Assembly (NCBI GenBank): GCA_012026655.1
Contig: JAAILG010001214.1
Location: 1-64,000 of the forward strand
Direction: 5' to 3'
DNA from: Hydrolagus affinis
Taxonomy: Eukaryota
DNA: 64,000 nt
Numbering within the stretch: position 1 is the stretch's first letter; each line of letters starts with the position of its first letter. The notes under the pieces are model-generated. The model searched no databases. It was not told the origin of the DNA and saw only the letters and a program-made list of their open reading frames with translations. This document shows, one piece after another, positions 62,401-64,000 of the stretch. The position numbers were made by a program, and so were the translations under genes.

Positions 62401-63272
62401 TTTCTATCATTTTTTATTTGGATGGTTGTTGGCCAGAACATCGAAAGAAACTCCATTCTCTTTTTGGCGAGTGCCATTGGATCTATACCATAAATTGCAC
62501 TTTATAGGAAAATGAACTTCCAAATTTGTCACAACTATACATGAAATTTCTGGAATACTTGCAAATACAGAGGGGAAATGTAAAGTACTGTGTATATCAT
62601 CACATCTGAATTGATTAAACCAGACATGCATGTTTTTCTTGTGTAAGTATGAATAAGTTATTCAGTCCTTCGGACATTAAACTGAGGTCGTGTTTTATCT
62701 GTTCAGGTGGACATTAAACATCCAATGTTTAATGTTCTATTTAAAAAGAAAAGGAAGATTCTTGCGATGTTCCGGCCAACAATCCCCCAAATAAAGTTTG
62801 GTCAATCACTTTATGGTTGTTTGAGGTATTGGAACAATTGCTACCGGGGCTAATCTTCTAAAGCTCACGCCAGGTTTATTTTACTAAATTTTAATATTCT
62901 GAGTTGATCTACATATGGTGCACCTTAATAAGAGTGAAACTACATCTGAATAATGTATTTATAAATAGGTAATTATTTGTTAGTTATAAATGGGAGACAA
63001 ATGAGTATTCATGTGCACATATTAGTAAATTGTCCTGGCAATCATCCCCTAGGAATCTGCAGTATATTACCTTGCGCAATTTGCTGCATGTTTGCTTAGA
63101 ATATACCAAGTCACTACACTTCTCTAAAGCATGCATGCCTTAGCTGACCAAAAAATGTACACTTTTCAGTAAATCCTGTGAGGCACTTTAAGACATCTCG
63201 ACAATATAAGACAACAACAACTACTCGCATTTATATAACACCCTACGTGTGTAGTAGCATCCTGTAGCTAAG

Positions 63273-63580
63273 AAACAACAACAAAATTATATACGTACAG
63301 TATAGCACCTTTTACATCGGGAGGACGTCCCAAGGTGCTGGACAGTCAATGTTTCAGACCCTAGCTGGCGTTGGGATCGAGGAGGGTGGAGGGAAAGGAT
63401 CGATTTGCGGTGACCGATAGGACCTCAAAGAGGAGGGTTGTGAAGCGGGATTTGAAGGAGGCTAGGGAGGGAGCAAGGCTGAGGAAATATGGGATGGAAT
63501 TCCAGAGGTTAGGGGCAGAGTAGCTGAAGGCTCGCCTGCCGAGGTTGGCGTGGGTGGGTCAGGGGACATTGAGCAGGCAT
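63273..63580 (-). mobile_element. L2 LINE 3' fragment
   Basis: (CAA)n tail, CGGGAGGACGTCCCAAGG and GGATGGAATTCCAGAG. Confidence 0.88.
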
Positions 63581-64000
63581 TTCAAAGGAGATTGTGTTTA
63601 GTGAGCAGTCTGCTCAGTGATAATATTCCTTTGCGTGGGGCTGAGACTTTTTAAATGACAGTATTTCTTGCCAGAGCCTGCTGAATGGTGGGGATGCACA
63701 GGATGATAGGGTTTAGGAGATCACAGAGGTAGAGGCAAGAAACTACATCAAATGCAATAATTATTTTAAAGTTGTGAGGTGTGGTCGCATTGCCATAGGG
63801 TGCAGTCCAAACGGCAGATACATTCTGGATTTTAGTAAAAGTTAAATACTGTACAGGGTTATGATTTAGTTAAGAATTACTTTTGAAAAAGGCAGTATTT
63901 TGTAACAACATGTTATTACTTACTAATTCCGTTGCTTTTAAGGGAAGTTTGCCTCACACGATGCAGTCAACATCCTTTTGTTTTGGACACACAACCCCAT

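Noticed and set aside
62407-62631. 74-aa ORF as a 5' continuation of the R4/Dong element
   Set aside because: No RT or R4 motifs are recognisable in it, so the element boundary was left at about 62400
1-64000. A novel multi-gene system
   Set aside because: No intact protein-coding gene is visible; all recognisable coding signal comes from decayed L2, CR1 or R4 retrotransposons

Overview
This is AT-rich, CpG-depleted vertebrate DNA with no recognisable host protein-coding exon, tRNA or rRNA gene, or CRISPR array. It reads as intergenic or deep intronic sequence. The repeat content is L2 LINE 3' fragments with (TTG)n tails, CR1 fragments, a tRNA-headed SINE with an L2-like (TTA)n tail, Deu-domain SINEs and a Penelope-type inverted repeat. 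That mix points to a cartilaginous fish, probably a chimaera such as the elephant shark (inference only). The ORFs whose origin I can identify are decayed retrotransposon pieces or antisense shadows of them; the rest look like chance ORFs. Best observations: (1) a 204-bp insertion with an exact 14-bp target-site duplication, 72-bp inverted arms and a hammerhead-ribozyme-like core in its loop, nested in a SINE (59061-59292); (2) a relic R4/Dong-type LINE with a restriction-like endonuclease, ending at a (TAA)n run (61373-62400); (3) a perfect 41-bp-arm palindrome (30549-30635); (4) three copies of an old unclassified element, two of them splitting Deu-SINEs; (5) modular SINE variants; (6) hAT-like, Tigger-like and palindromic MITE-like DNA elements. 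I found no evidence for a new multi-gene system. Family names come from recalled motifs, not database searches, and repeat boundaries are approximate unless a TSD or TIR is quoted.
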